Origin: Candidatus Binataceae bacterium | Lineage (GTDB): Bacteria; Desulfobacterota; Binatia; Binatales; Binataceae | NCBI GenBank assembly: GCA_030041155.1 | Contig: JASHOJ010000142.1 | Span: 437 to 64,436, forward strand | Length of the DNA: 64,000 bases | Direction of reading: 5' to 3' | In this document: in pieces, positions 27,869 to 37,007 of the stretch | How the letters are laid out: each line of letters begins with the position of its first letter | How positions within the stretch are numbered: the stretch's first letter is position 1 | Program-made: the position numbers and the translations under genes | The notes under the pieces: model-generated | The model's input: only the letters and a program-made list of their open reading frames with translations | Told to the model about the DNA's origin: nothing | The model's database searches: none

Positions 27869-30800
27869 ATGCTTCCACAGAGTCTTCTGGTCGCCAACCG
27901 AGGCGAAATTGCAATCCGAATAATTCGTGCGGCCGCTGAACTGGGAATCCGCACCGTCGCGATCTTTTCCGAAGATGATGCTGCCGCGCTTCATATCCGG
28001 AAGGCCGATGAGGCCCGCGCACTGAGCGGCGCCGGAGTCCGACCCTATCTGGACAGCGCCCAGATTGTCGCAATTGCGAAAGAATCGGGATGCGACGCGA
28101 TTCATCCCGGCTACGGCTTCTTATCCGAGAACGCGGACTTCGCGCAGATGTGCGCGGACGCGGGAATTATTTTTGCCGGGCCGCGGCCCGACATTCTCGA
28201 TCTGTTTGGCGACAAGATTCGGGCGCGCGCTTTAGCCTCGCGCCTGGGCGTGCCGGTTCAGCGCGGCAGCTCGCAGATTTCAAGCGCGGATGAGGCGCGA
28301 CAGTTCTTTGCATCACTCGGTCAAGGCGCCGCGATGATGCTGAAAGCGGTCGCGGGCGGCGGCGGGCGCGGGATGCGTGCGGTTTATCGTGAGGACGAGA
28401 TCGCGCCCGCCTTCGAGCGATGCCAATCGGAGGCGCGAAATGCGTTCGGAAATCCGGGCGTGTACGCGGAAGCGCTGATGCCGCGGGCGCGCCATATCGA
28501 GGTGCAGATTGCCGGCGACGGCGATGGCGCGGTTGTTCACCTCTATGAGCGCGAATGCAGCGTTCAGCGCCGTAATCAGAAGATCGTCGAAATCGCGCCC
28601 AGCCCGAACCTCACGACCGCGATCCGCAACCGACTTGCCTCGGCCGCCGTGCGGCTTGCGAAGGAAGTCCGCTACAACAGCCTTGGCACCTTTGAATTTC
28701 TGGTCAGTGCCGAGAGCGGCGCAAAAGAGGCCGATTTCGCCTTTATCGAGGCGAATCCGCGATTGCAGGTCGAACACACGGTCACTGAAGAAGTCACCGG
28801 AATCGACCTGGTGCGTCTGCAGCTCGAGATCGCCGGCGGTGCGCGGTTCCGGGATATCGGAATCTCGCAAGAAACGATTCCGGCGCCTCGGGGATTCGCA
28901 ATCCAGATGCGAATCAACGCGGAGATCATGGGTGAGGACGCGAGCGCACGGCCATCCGGCGGCACGCTGAACGTTTTCGATTCGCCATCCGGCGCGGGAA
29001 TTCGCGTGGATACCTGCGCGTACTCGGGCTACACGACTAATCCGCGCTTCGACCCGCTAATCGCCAAGCTGGTGGTGCATTCTGGATCTCGCGAATTTGC
29101 CGATGCGGTCGCGAAAGCATATCGCGCACTGTGCGAATTCAGGGTTGAGGGTGTCTCCACCAATATCGGATTCATGCAGAATCTGCTGCACCATCCGGAT
29201 TTCGCCGCGGGCCGAGTTCATACCCGCTTCGTCGATGAGCACGCGGGTGCGCTTATCACGGCGCCGCCAGTCGCTCATCGCCGGCTGTTCTTCGAGCGCG
29301 GCCCCGTTTCGCCTTCCAACGCAAGGCGCGCGGGCGCAAAGATCGACACGAGCGATCCATTGGCCGTGCTGCATCATGGCAAAAGCAGCGCGGAAGCCAG
29401 CGATACGAGCGCGCTGGATGCCGGCGCCGCCGAGTTGCAGACGCAATCGCATGCGGAAGCGATATCCGGGCCCGAAGGCACGCTTGCGGTTCCAGCGCCG
29501 ATGCAGGGGACGATTGTCTCGATCGACGTGCACGAAGGTGATCAGGTTCGTCGCGGCCAGCAATTACTGGTGATGGAAGCGATGAAGATGGAGCACGTGA
29601 TCGGCGCGCCCGTGGGCGGAACTGTAAGGCAAATCGCTATCGCGGTGGGAGACGCGGTCTTCGAGGGCCATCCGCTGGCTTTTATCGAGGCGTCGGGCGA
29701 CAACGACACCGAGAGCGAGGCCGAAAGCAAACTTGATCTGGATCGAATCCGTTCCGACCTTGCCGAGGCGCTTGAGCGGCACGCGTTTGGCTACGACCCC
29801 GCGCGTCCCGACGCAGTGGCGCGCCGCCGCAAGACCCATCAGCGCACCGCGCGGGAAAATATCGAGGACCTTTGCGATCCCGGCACCTACGTTGAATACG
29901 GCCCGATCGTAATCGCCGCACAGCGCCGCCGCCGTGCTCTGGACGACCTGATCAAACGCACGCCGGCGGACGGCATGATCGCCGGCATCGGACGTGTGAA
30001 CGGCGACCTGTTCGAGGAATCGCGCGCCCGATGCGTTCTGATGTCCTATGACTACACAGTTCTGGCAGGAACCCAAGGCCAGCAGAATCATCGCAAGAAA
30101 GATCGGATGTTCGAGATCGCGGAGAGGATGCGGCTGCCGGTGGTGTTTTTCACCGAAGGCGGCGGCGGACGCCCGGGCGATACCGACGGCGGGGGCGTCG
30201 CAGGACTGGATTGCATGGCATTCCAGTACTGGGGTCAGTTGAGCGGGCTGGTTCCGCTGGTCGGGATCAATTCGGGACGATGTTTCGCCGGAAACGCGGC
30301 GCTGCTTGGATGCTGCGACGTGGTTATCGCGTCGGAAAACTCGAATATCGGGATGGGCGGACCCGCGATGATCGAAGGCGGCGGCCTCGGCATCTTCCGG
30401 CCAGAGGAAGTCGGCCCGATATCAGTGCAGGTGCCAAACGGCGTAGTCGATATACCGGTCCGCGACGAAGCCGAAGCGGTAAGCGCCGCAAAGAAGTATC
30501 TGTCTTACTTCCAAGGGCCGACTGCCAAATGGGAATGCGCCGATCAGCGCATCCTGCGCGGCATAATCCCGGAGAATCGGTTGCGTATCTACGACGTCCG
30601 CAAAGTTATAGAAACTCTGGCGGACACCGGGTCGGTCCTGGAAATCCGGCGCAGATTCGGTCTGGGGATGGTGACGGCGCTGGTGCGAATCGAGGGCCGG
30701 CCACTTGGAATTATCGCAAACAATCCATCGCATCTGGCCGGAGCTATCGATTCTCCGGGCGCCGACAAGGCCGCGCGCTTCATGCAGCTATGCGACGCCT

Positions 30801-31303
30801 TTGACATTCCGATTTTGTTCCTATGCGACACGCCGGGAATCATGGTCGGCCCCGAGGTCGAGAAGACGGGGCTGGTCCGGCACGCGGCGCGGATGTTCGT
30901 GACTGGCGCGAGTATCACAGTGCCGTTTTTCACGATCATCCTGCGCAAAGGCTATGGACTCGGCGCGCAGGCGATGGCTGGCGGCAGTTTTAAGGCTCCG
31001 ATCTTCACCATTTCGTGGCCGACGGGTGAATTCGGAGGAATGGGACTGGAAGGCGCGGTGAAGCTCGGGTATCGCAACGAACTTGCGGCCGAACAGGATC
31101 CCGCGCAGCGAAAAAAGCTGTTCGACGAGATGGTGGCGCGAATGTACGCGCATGGAAAGGCGGTTAACACAGCGTCGCATTTCGAGATCGATGACGTGAT
31201 CGATCCGTTAGATTCGCGCCGCTGGATTATGGCGGGATTGAAAAGCGCTCCCGAGCCATTGCCGCGCGCCGGCAAGAAGCGCCCCTGTATCGACACCTGG
31301 TAG
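27869..31303 (+). CDS. single-chain multidomain biotin-dependent acyl-CoA carboxylase (biotin carboxylase - BCCP - carboxyltransferase)
   Basis: N-terminal LLVANRGEIAIRIIRAA ... ATP-grasp biotin carboxylase. Central biotinyl domain EAMKMEHVIGAP (about residues 560-620). C-terminal ~520-aa AccD5/PccB-type carboxyltransferase (two crotonase-like subdomains). 1144 aa in one ORF. Confidence 0.85.
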   Translation: MLPQSLLVANRGEIAIRIIRAAAELGIRTVAIFSEDDAAALHIRKADEARALSGAGVRPYLDSAQIVAIAKESGCDAIHPGYGFLSENADFAQMCADAGIIFAGPRPDILDLFGDKIRARALASRLGVPVQRGSSQISSADEARQFFASLGQGAAMMLKAVAGGGGRGMRAVYREDEIAPAFERCQSEARNAFGNPGVYAEALMPRARHIEVQIAGDGDGAVVHLYERECSVQRRNQKIVEIAPSPNLTTAIRNRLASAAVRLAKEVRYNSLGTFEFLVSAESGAKEADFAFIEANPRLQVEHTVTEEVTGIDLVRLQLEIAGGARFRDIGISQETIPAPRGFAIQMRINAEIMGEDASARPSGGTLNVFDSPSGAGIRVDTCAYSGYTTNPRFDPLIAKLVVHSGSREFADAVAKAYRALCEFRVEGVSTNIGFMQNLLHHPDFAAGRVHTRFVDEHAGALITAPPVAHRRLFFERGPVSPSNARRAGAKIDTSDPLAVLHHGKSSAEASDTSALDAGAAELQTQSHAEAISGPEGTLAVPAPMQGTIVSIDVHEGDQVRRGQQLLVMEAMKMEHVIGAPVGGTVRQIAIAVGDAVFEGHPLAFIEASGDNDTESEAESKLDLDRIRSDLAEALERHAFGYDPARPDAVARRRKTHQRTARENIEDLCDPGTYVEYGPIVIAAQRRRRALDDLIKRTPADGMIAGIGRVNGDLFEESRARCVLMSYDYTVLAGTQGQQNHRKKDRMFEIAERMRLPVVFFTEGGGGRPGDTDGGGVAGLDCMAFQYWGQLSGLVPLVGINSGRCFAGNAALLGCCDVVIASENSNIGMGGPAMIEGGGLGIFRPEEVGPISVQVPNGVVDIPVRDEAEAVSAAKKYLSYFQGPTAKWECADQRILRGIIPENRLRIYDVRKVIETLADTGSVLEIRRRFGLGMVTALVRIEGRPLGIIANNPSHLAGAIDSPGADKAARFMQLCDAFDIPILFLCDTPGIMVGPEVEKTGLVRHAARMFVTGASITVPFFTIILRKGYGLGAQAMAGGSFKAPIFTISWPTGEFGGMGLEGAVKLGYRNELAAEQDPAQRKKLFDEMVARMYAHGKAVNTASHFEIDDVIDPLDSRRWIMAGLKSAPEPLPRAGKKRPCIDTW

Positions 31304-31334
31304 CGCGGCCTTGGAATAAGTCTAGTCATTTGCA

Positions 31335-31375
31335 GTATTCGCACGCGCTATAATCGCGGCATCGCGAGCGGGAAC
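31335..31375 (+). promoter_or_regulatory. possible promoter for type III PKS gene (TATAAT at ~31363)
   Basis: GTCATTtgcagtattcgcacgcgcTATAAT about 140 nt upstream of the PKS ATG. Strong RBS aagaggagg before the ATG. Confidence 0.3.
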
Positions 31376-31506
31376 TCGTTTGTGCAGACGGCGGTTTAGT
31401 TGTCGAACGCCGCCGCGACGCTATCCACCCGGTTCCGCTCGCCGCCAGGCAGCCGGACTAAATCAAGCGGCGAAGCCGGTAAACTCAAGAGGAGGCGAGG
31501 CCAGTA

Positions 31507-32556
31507 ATGAAAATCGCCGGAGTTGCGAGCAGGCTTCCCGAAAACGTTTATCCGCAGCACGTGCTGACCGACGCTTTCGCGCGGTACTGGGGAGAGCGTC
31601 TGGTAAATCCTTCGGTTCTCAAGCGAATTCACTCCCGAACCGGCGTCAGAAGCCGCCATCTCGCGTATCCGCTCGAACGTTATGCGCAGTTTCAGCGTTG
31701 GGGAGAAACAAATGCCGCGTGGCTCGCGGCGGCCGAGAAGCTGGGCGCCGACGCGATAGACATGGCGCTCGAGCGCGCCGGAGTTGCGCGGCGCGAAGTT
31801 GACGCGTTGTTTATCGTCTCGATCACCGGAGTCGCGTGCCCGTCTATCGATGCCAAGCTGGTCAATCGGATGGGCCTGCGATCGGACGTGAAGCGCACTC
31901 CTATCTTTGGACTCGGATGCGCTGCCGGAGCGATCGGCCTAACCCGCGCGGCCGATTACGTGCGCGCCTATCCTGACCAGACCGCGATTCTGCTGGCGGT
32001 CGAGCTGTGCTCGCTTACGATGCAGCGAGACGATCTCTCGACCCTGAACCTTATCTCGACCGGATTGTTTGCCGACGGAGCTGCGGCTGCGGTTGTGACT
32101 GGCAAAAATCGCACCGCCCGTGGCCCCGAGATAATCGCCACCCGGTCGGTCTTCTATCCCGACACGGAAAGGATCATGGGATGGGACATCACTGAGCGCG
32201 GATTTAGTCTGGTGCTCTCGCCCGACATACCCGATATCGCCCGCTGCCGGCTAAAGGCGGACGTTGACGCATTTCTTGCCGATCAGTCGCTTAGCCTCGG
32301 CGATATAGGCTGCTGGATTGCGCATCCGGGCGGTCCGAAGGTGCTTGAGGCGATCGAGGCGGCGCTGAAACTGAACAAGGCCGAGCTTGCGGCCTCGTGG
32401 GAGTCGCTCGCGAAGGTGGGAAATATGTCGTCCGCATCGGTGCTTTGCGTGCTAGAAGACACTATCCTCGATCGCCATCCCGAGCCGGGCACGATAGGCA
32501 TCATAGTCGCGCTCGGACCGGGATTTTGCGCCGAGATGCTGCTGGTGCGCTGGTAG
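31507..32556 (+). CDS. type III polyketide synthase (chalcone/stilbene synthase superfamily)
   Basis: 349 aa. N-terminal MKIAGVASRLPENVYPQ. Candidate active-site Cys in GLGCAAGAIGL, plus C-terminal GFGPG-like HPGGPKVL block. Confidence 0.85.
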   Translation: MKIAGVASRLPENVYPQHVLTDAFARYWGERLVNPSVLKRIHSRTGVRSRHLAYPLERYAQFQRWGETNAAWLAAAEKLGADAIDMALERAGVARREVDALFIVSITGVACPSIDAKLVNRMGLRSDVKRTPIFGLGCAAGAIGLTRAADYVRAYPDQTAILLAVELCSLTMQRDDLSTLNLISTGLFADGAAAAVVTGKNRTARGPEIIATRSVFYPDTERIMGWDITERGFSLVLSPDIPDIARCRLKADVDAFLADQSLSLGDIGCWIAHPGGPKVLEAIEAALKLNKAELAASWESLAKVGNMSSASVLCVLEDTILDRHPEPGTIGIIVALGPGFCAEMLLVRW

Positions 32557-32627
32557 CGCTCTTTTGGCTCCGCGATTTGGCGTATAAAGTATCCGCTACT
32601 TGGCGCGAAACGCGGAGCGGGAAGCAG

Positions 32628-33347
32628 GTGGAGAGGCTTTTTCGGGGGCGGTTCACAGTTCTGCTTGCGATGCTGGTGCTGCTGGTGGGTGTGCTCCCGT
32701 TTTTTCAGCAGGAAATAGAGGCTCGTGAGCTGCTCAGAATGGTGCTGTCGCTGGTGTTTATGGCGGCTCTGTACGCCAGCACGCGGCGGCGGCGCGACGT
32801 GGTTTATGCCGGCCTTCTGGTCGCACCTGCCCTGATTGGACGATGGCTGCCGCAACATGAGGTCAGCGAAACCATTCAATTGGTTGTGGCGCTCTTTACC
32901 GCCGCGTTTCTTGCCTATGTGACAGCCGCGGTTCTGAGCCAAGTGCTGCGTCCGGGCCGCGTGACTTACGACACGATAAGCGGCGCGATTTGCGCCTACT
33001 TTCTGATTGGGCTTACGTGGTCGTTCCTATATCTGGCGATCGACCTTGGATGGAACAATGCGTTTGTGGTCGCGGGAGCGCCAGCCAGCCTTGGCAGCGT
33101 GGAACTCATCCGGCTCGAATTGCAGCGGCTCATCTACTATAGCTTCGTCACCCTGACGACACTCGGCTATGGAGACATCATTCCATCGATTCCGCCGGCG
33201 CGCGCGTTATCGATGCTGGAAGCGATAGCGGGCCAGATGTATGTCGCGATCCTGATCGCGCGCCTGGTCGGCCTGCACATCATTCATTCCGAGCGGGAAC
33301 ATGCGCCCGAAACGAAACATGATTCGCCGACAAAGCGCCCCGCCTGA
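32628..33347 (+). CDS. two-TM potassium channel family protein (selectivity filter TTLGYGD)
   Basis: TLTTLGYGDIIPS selectivity-filter signature between TM helices. GTG start at 32628 chosen to avoid overlap with the PKS gene. No RCK domain. Confidence 0.7.
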   Translation: MERLFRGRFTVLLAMLVLLVGVLPFFQQEIEARELLRMVLSLVFMAALYASTRRRRDVVYAGLLVAPALIGRWLPQHEVSETIQLVVALFTAAFLAYVTAAVLSQVLRPGRVTYDTISGAICAYFLIGLTWSFLYLAIDLGWNNAFVVAGAPASLGSVELIRLELQRLIYYSFVTLTTLGYGDIIPSIPPARALSMLEAIAGQMYVAILIARLVGLHIIHSEREHAPETKHDSPTKRPA

Positions 33348-33868
33348 CCCTCAGTCAGCCTGTTTGCGCACGGCGCTGAGCGAATCCCAAAGCGGCGGAC
33401 ATAAGCTCGACAGATAGGCTCTTAACAATTTCTAAATTGCGGATACTCGGGCACCGGCGCTAAGATTGGCGAAGGCTGCCGTCATGAGTTTCGCACGTTG
33501 GCCATATCCGCGTGACCGGCGGATTATAACCGGGTCATTTCCGGAGGCTTCTCCTGTAACCTCCGCTGCGCGAGTCGCAAAAGGCGCGCATCTCCGGTCC
33601 GCGGCATCATCTCCGCAATTCTTTTTATTGTTGCGTTCGTCCCCCCCTACATCCTCGCGAGGTATCGATGCTTCTTCATCGCAGTCGTCGCAACGATAAC
33701 CAGCACGCAAAACTTAAGCGTCGCAGACTTCATTTGCCGCGCCTCCGGCTGCGGCGTAGTGGCAGGCATGCTGCCCGGTCGAGCCGGGTTCTACATCCGT
33801 TTCGCCGCTCCCGATCGGATCGGCGAAGAATCGGAGCGCCGCGCGCCTCGGCGCTGATCTGGAAAGTG

Positions 33869-34648
33869 ATGGCTTACGGCAGCCGCCCCGGTCATCCGCA
33901 CGGTCTCTTGTCGGTCTGGCCGCGCTGGGAGCGACTGGTTCATCAGGTCCGTCCGGTGCAGCCGATTCCTGGCGCAAAGCACGGACTGTTCAGGCTGCGC
34001 TACCGCACTTATCGCGGTGAGATATTCGCGCTTCCCGACGGAACTATCGTGTGCCACGGATGCACCGTCGCGGATTTGCACCTTGACGGGATGGCGATGC
34101 TGAACCTGGTCAAGGCCGGCGGCAACCCGTTCCGCGGATGCCGAGAGGAGCTGCGCCTTCTGGCCGCCTCGCTTATCGAGAGCGATCCCGACGGGCGGCT
34201 GGTCGCGTTCAAAGGCGTCACCCTGCTCGGCAACGCCGCCGAACGTATCGGATTTTTTGTCCGCCAGCGCCCCGTCGGAAGGATCAAGGCTCGGATTGAA
34301 CGATGGTTCATGTCGGGTTTTCTGATTCTGTACACAGTCGACGGGATGGAGCGGCTCGGGCGCGGCGCCACAATGCGGGAAAACCCGCGCGAGGTATGGC
34401 TCACGCGTCAAACCCTGATACGGAAATACGGGCCGAAAAACCACTCCAGTGATGTTGCTCAGAACAGCGGAAGCGCGATGCCGGAGGTCACCAGCGCGCC
34501 GGTCGCCACGCCCATCAGCGCCTCGCCCGCTATCATCCCGGCGGCGAACAGCACTCCGACTGCGCCGGACTCGCCGTCGCCTTGGCCCAGGCGGGCGCGC
34601 AGCAGCGCGCCAAGCAATATCGTGACGCTTAGTCCGAACGGCAGATAG
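33869..34648 (+). CDS. hypothetical protein (3' end overlaps convergent OPT transporter gene by ~190 nt; may be truncated/shadow)
   Basis: The central portion has protein-like composition (…IFALPDGTIVCHGCTVADLHLDGMAMLNLVKAGGNPFRGC…). The N- and C-terminal tails are Arg/Pro-rich and likely spurious. Confidence 0.35.
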   Translation: MAYGSRPGHPHGLLSVWPRWERLVHQVRPVQPIPGAKHGLFRLRYRTYRGEIFALPDGTIVCHGCTVADLHLDGMAMLNLVKAGGNPFRGCREELRLLAASLIESDPDGRLVAFKGVTLLGNAAERIGFFVRQRPVGRIKARIERWFMSGFLILYTVDGMERLGRGATMRENPREVWLTRQTLIRKYGPKNHSSDVAQNSGSAMPEVTSAPVATPISASPAIIPAANSTPTAPDSPSPWPRRARSSAPSNIVTLSPNGR

Positions 34649-36270
34649 AGACCGATCGCAACCGGCATGATCGGCGCTCGCCACGACGAGCCGGCGCGTT
34701 CCAGCGCCACGTCCACGATTCCTATCGCTGCCGCAAGCACCGCCCCCGCGATTATCATCGTCCACGGCAGACCGCCGCGGAAAACCCCCTGCGCGACCTT
34801 GGCCATCAGGAACGCCTGCGGCGCCGCAAGCGCATTGGCCTTTGCGGTTGCCGTTCCCGCGATTCCATAGCCGCTAACCAGCAGGTTGAGGATCGGTGCG
34901 ATCACCAGCGATGCGGCTATCGCACCAATCACAACCCCGATTTCAAGCGACCGCGGAGTCGCGCCGACGTGATATCCGGTCGCGAGATCGTGCAGCGAGT
35001 CACCCGCCATGGCGGCCGCGGTGCACACAACCGCTCCGGCAAGAATCGCAAGCCGCGGTCCGAGGTTAACATCGCCAATCCCGGCCCACCTTAGATAAAC
35101 CGCGATCGCCAGCAGCACTATCACGGTGACGCCCGAGACCGGATTATTCGACGAGCCAACGATTCCGGTCAGATAGCCCGCGACCGCCGCGGCAAAAAAA
35201 CCGATTATGGCCAGGATTATCGCAAGCGAGACGCTGAGCCATATCCGCCCCGAAAGCATCAGGCAGAGCGCGAAGATGATCGGCACCGCAAGACCCTGCG
35301 CCGAAAGAAGAGCGCCGGCGGAGAGATCGGTGTCCTCGCGCGAGCGGGCAACTGCCTCGCGGCGGGTCCGTATCGCCCGGATGCTATCGATTAGCGCGGT
35401 GCCGATTCGGCTTCGAAGCCGCCACAGAGTCGCAATGCCGCCGGTGAGCATCGCGCCGACGCCCAAGTAGCGAACCTGAGTGCTCCACAGGTGAGATGCT
35501 GCCGCCGCCGCGGATCCGGTCGCCGACGCATGATACGAGAGCATCAGCGCCGGAATCGCGATGAACCACGCAATGGCGCCGCCGGCGAATACCAGCGCCG
35601 CGATTCGCGGCCCAATAATGTAGCCGACGCCGACGAGCGCCGCCGATATGTCAACCGAGCTCGCAATCGCCGCTCCGCCAACCCATCGCGCGCCCGAGAG
35701 CGCACCCGGCACGACACCGAATACGTCCTGAACCGCCTTCAGAGCCGCCGCAACCAGCCCGCCCCACGCAAGCGGCGCGACGCTGGCGCTCGCCTCTCCG
35801 GCGCGCAGCACCTCGGCGCAGGCGAACCCTTCGGGAAACGGCAGCCGCTCATCGACGACATAGGCGCGGCGCAGGAACACGACCAGCAGCGCGCCCATCG
35901 TGCCGCCGGCGGCTGACAGCAGCGTCACCTGCACATAAGGCAGCCGGCCATGCCCGCTGAGAATCACAATCGCGGGGAAAGTGAAGATTGCGCCCGCCGC
36001 CACCGCCTCTCCCGCCGAGGCGATGGTCTGAACGACGTTGTTCTCCAGGATGGTTGCGCCGCCAAGAACCCGTAGCAGCGCCATCGATATTACCGCTGCC
36101 GGGATGCTCGCTGAGACGGTCATGCCCGCATACAGGCCCAGGTACGCGTTGGCGGCGCCGAGTATCAGCGCGAGCACGATTCCGAGCACGATCGCGCGCG
36201 CGGTCAGCTCGCGTATCGCGGCCACCGATCGCGCTGCTACACCAGGCTCGGGCGTCGGATCGTTGCGCAT
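34459..36270 (-). CDS. OPT family oligopeptide transporter
   Basis: 603 aa with >12 TM helices. N-terminal TARAIVLGIVLALILGAANAYLGLYAGMTVSASIPAAVISMALLR is typical of OPT. Confidence 0.85.
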   Translation of the reverse strand: MRNDPTPEPGVAARSVAAIRELTARAIVLGIVLALILGAANAYLGLYAGMTVSASIPAAVISMALLRVLGGATILENNVVQTIASAGEAVAAGAIFTFPAIVILSGHGRLPYVQVTLLSAAGGTMGALLVVFLRRAYVVDERLPFPEGFACAEVLRAGEASASVAPLAWGGLVAAALKAVQDVFGVVPGALSGARWVGGAAIASSVDISAALVGVGYIIGPRIAALVFAGGAIAWFIAIPALMLSYHASATGSAAAAASHLWSTQVRYLGVGAMLTGGIATLWRLRSRIGTALIDSIRAIRTRREAVARSREDTDLSAGALLSAQGLAVPIIFALCLMLSGRIWLSVSLAIILAIIGFFAAAVAGYLTGIVGSSNNPVSGVTVIVLLAIAVYLRWAGIGDVNLGPRLAILAGAVVCTAAAMAGDSLHDLATGYHVGATPRSLEIGVVIGAIAASLVIAPILNLLVSGYGIAGTATAKANALAAPQAFLMAKVAQGVFRGGLPWTMIIAGAVLAAAIGIVDVALERAGSSWRAPIMPVAIGLYLPFGLSVTILLGALLRARLGQGDGESGAVGVLFAAGMIAGEALMGVATGALVTSGIALPLF

Positions 36271-36408
36271 CGCGCAACTATATTCGATTCCGCGATCGCA
36301 CGCGCCAATCCCAATGCTTTCGAGATCAGATTCGGAGCCTGTCCTTAGCGAGGTCGAAAGACGCGGCAGCCACGTGCGAGAATGACAGAACGGAGCAGCG
36401 CAGCGGGC

Positions 36409-36927
36409 TTATGAGCCGAAACCGCCGCCGGACGCCTGTGGCATTTCGACCGGCTTGCCAGCCTGACGCCAGCCGGTGATACCGTCCTTCATCTCGCTTA
36501 CGTCTGTGTACCCTGCCGCAACCGCCCGCCGGGCGGCTTGATCGGAGGCCATTCAATGCAGGTTATGGCAATAGAAAACCAGCTTCGCGTTGTGGTCGGA
36601 AGGCAGCTCTTCGGCAACGTTGTAATGATCTGCTGAGGTCAGCGGACGCGCGCCTGGAATCATGCCTTCTTCGGCGCGGACGCTTGGCACATTCGCATCG
36701 TAAATACGCACGTGCGAATCGGGATTCGCCATCAAGCGGGCGAGATCATCCACATGGATAATGTGGATATTTACGGCCGGTTCGGGCTTATTGTTGATCA
36801 GCGCGCCAATATCGACTGCCCACGCGCGCGACGCGCCAAACGCTACGGCCACAACGAGCATCGCGGTCGCGGCCAGCGTTATAGCGCCCTTCCTCAAAAG
36901 ATGTCGCGATGATTGCATCCGCCGCAT
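36409..36927 (-). CDS. periplasmic single-domain rhodanese-like sulfurtransferase interrupted by in-frame TGA (candidate Sec codon or pseudogene)
   Basis: Signal peptide. HVRIYDANVPSVRAEEGMIPGARPL...KLVFYCHNLH-TGA-MASDQAARRAVAAGYTDVSEMKDGITGWRQAGKPVE aligns end-to-end with the rhodanese fold. The TGA (36553-36555) falls in the active-site loop 5 residues after the Cys. The frame is otherwise uninterrupted. Confidence 0.55.
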
Positions 36928-37007
36928 TGGACACTTGTCAGGCTATCAAAATTCAAATCGCAAGGAACGCCGATCCCATTTCCTGGTATCATAGCTACAG
37001 CGTCACC

